Shown: piece by piece, positions 63,455 to 64,000 of the stretch
Position numbering within the stretch: the stretch's first letter is position 1
Layout: every line of letters begins with the position of its first letter
Assembly (NCBI GenBank): GCA_026770705.1
Contig: JANJGN010000021.1
Coordinates: 89,714,001-89,778,000 of the forward strand
Direction: 5' to 3'
Origin: Isurus oxyrinchus
Lineage: Eukaryota
Length of the DNA: 64,000 nucleotides
Notes under the pieces: model-generated
The model's database searches: none
What the model was told of the DNA's origin: nothing
What the model saw: only the letters and a program-made list of their open reading frames with translations
Program-made: the position numbers and the translations under genes

Positions 63455-64000
63455 GTAAGGCAGCATCTGTGGAGAAAGAACAGAACCAACCTTTCGGTTC
63501 TATGAAATTTGGTCAAAAGTGAAATAAAAGAACAAATTGAGATGCATTGTGTACTGCACCGACCCAGGGAATGTCCTAGGGAAAAAGAACACGAGGGAAG
63601 GTATATGATATGACAAAACTAGGTCAGGTGAAATATCAAAGGGCAGATATGGCAATGGTTCTCAAAGAGAAACTGGAGATAAATCAAAAGAAGGTGTAAA
63701 TATAAATAACAAACTCACACCTGTTGACACATGAAGACAGGGGCTAGGAACTGAAATTGCTGAAATCCATGTTCAGTTAGGAAAGTTGTAAAGTTCCTAA
63801 CCGGGAGATGAGGTACTGTTCATCGATCATAAGCTGATTTTCATTGCAAAAATATAGGGCAAAGTGAGAATGAAAATAATAGGCGACAAGAAACTTATTC
63901 CCTTGCTTGCAAACTGAACGGAGGTATTCCACATCGAATTTGATTTGATCTCCTTAATTTAACAGGTCCCACAATATGTGTAGTGAATAATGTATACTAA
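63455..64000 (-). mobile_element. Decayed Penelope-like fragment
   Basis: 63750-63990 is antisense to the GIY-YIG region and downstream sequence at 6600-6890. Confidence 0.6.

Overview
Vertebrate nuclear DNA, most likely from a cartilaginous fish (shark or ray). That assignment is inferred from the repeat families: HER1-like CR1 LINEs with GATTCTGT tails, a SacSINE1/Deu-type SINE and Penelope-like elements. Much of the window is decayed retrotransposon (several CR1 subfamilies, a second CR1/L2-group LINE family, L2, RTE, Penelope), often nested. Host-gene content: (1) the 3' end of a + strand butyrophilin/TRIM-type gene, with a 27-nt phase-1 exon at 1725-1751 joining in frame to an intact terminal PRY-SPRY/B30.2 exon at 8228-8748; (2) a solitary - strand histone H4 pseudogene at 43832-44134, whose damage is mostly CpG decay but whose remaining differences (V54, K67, probable S69) look non-vertebrate; (3) weakly supported small + strand exons between 30.3 and 53.9 kb, downstream of a repeat-poor, motif-rich island, possibly a second gene. 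Local duplications, an internally inverted RTE element and a ~10-bp periodic degenerate array are also present. No rRNA, tRNA gene or CRISPR array was seen. Most short ORFs in the supplied track are noise or transposon fragments. Repeat boundaries are approximate and family names come from motif recognition, not database searches.
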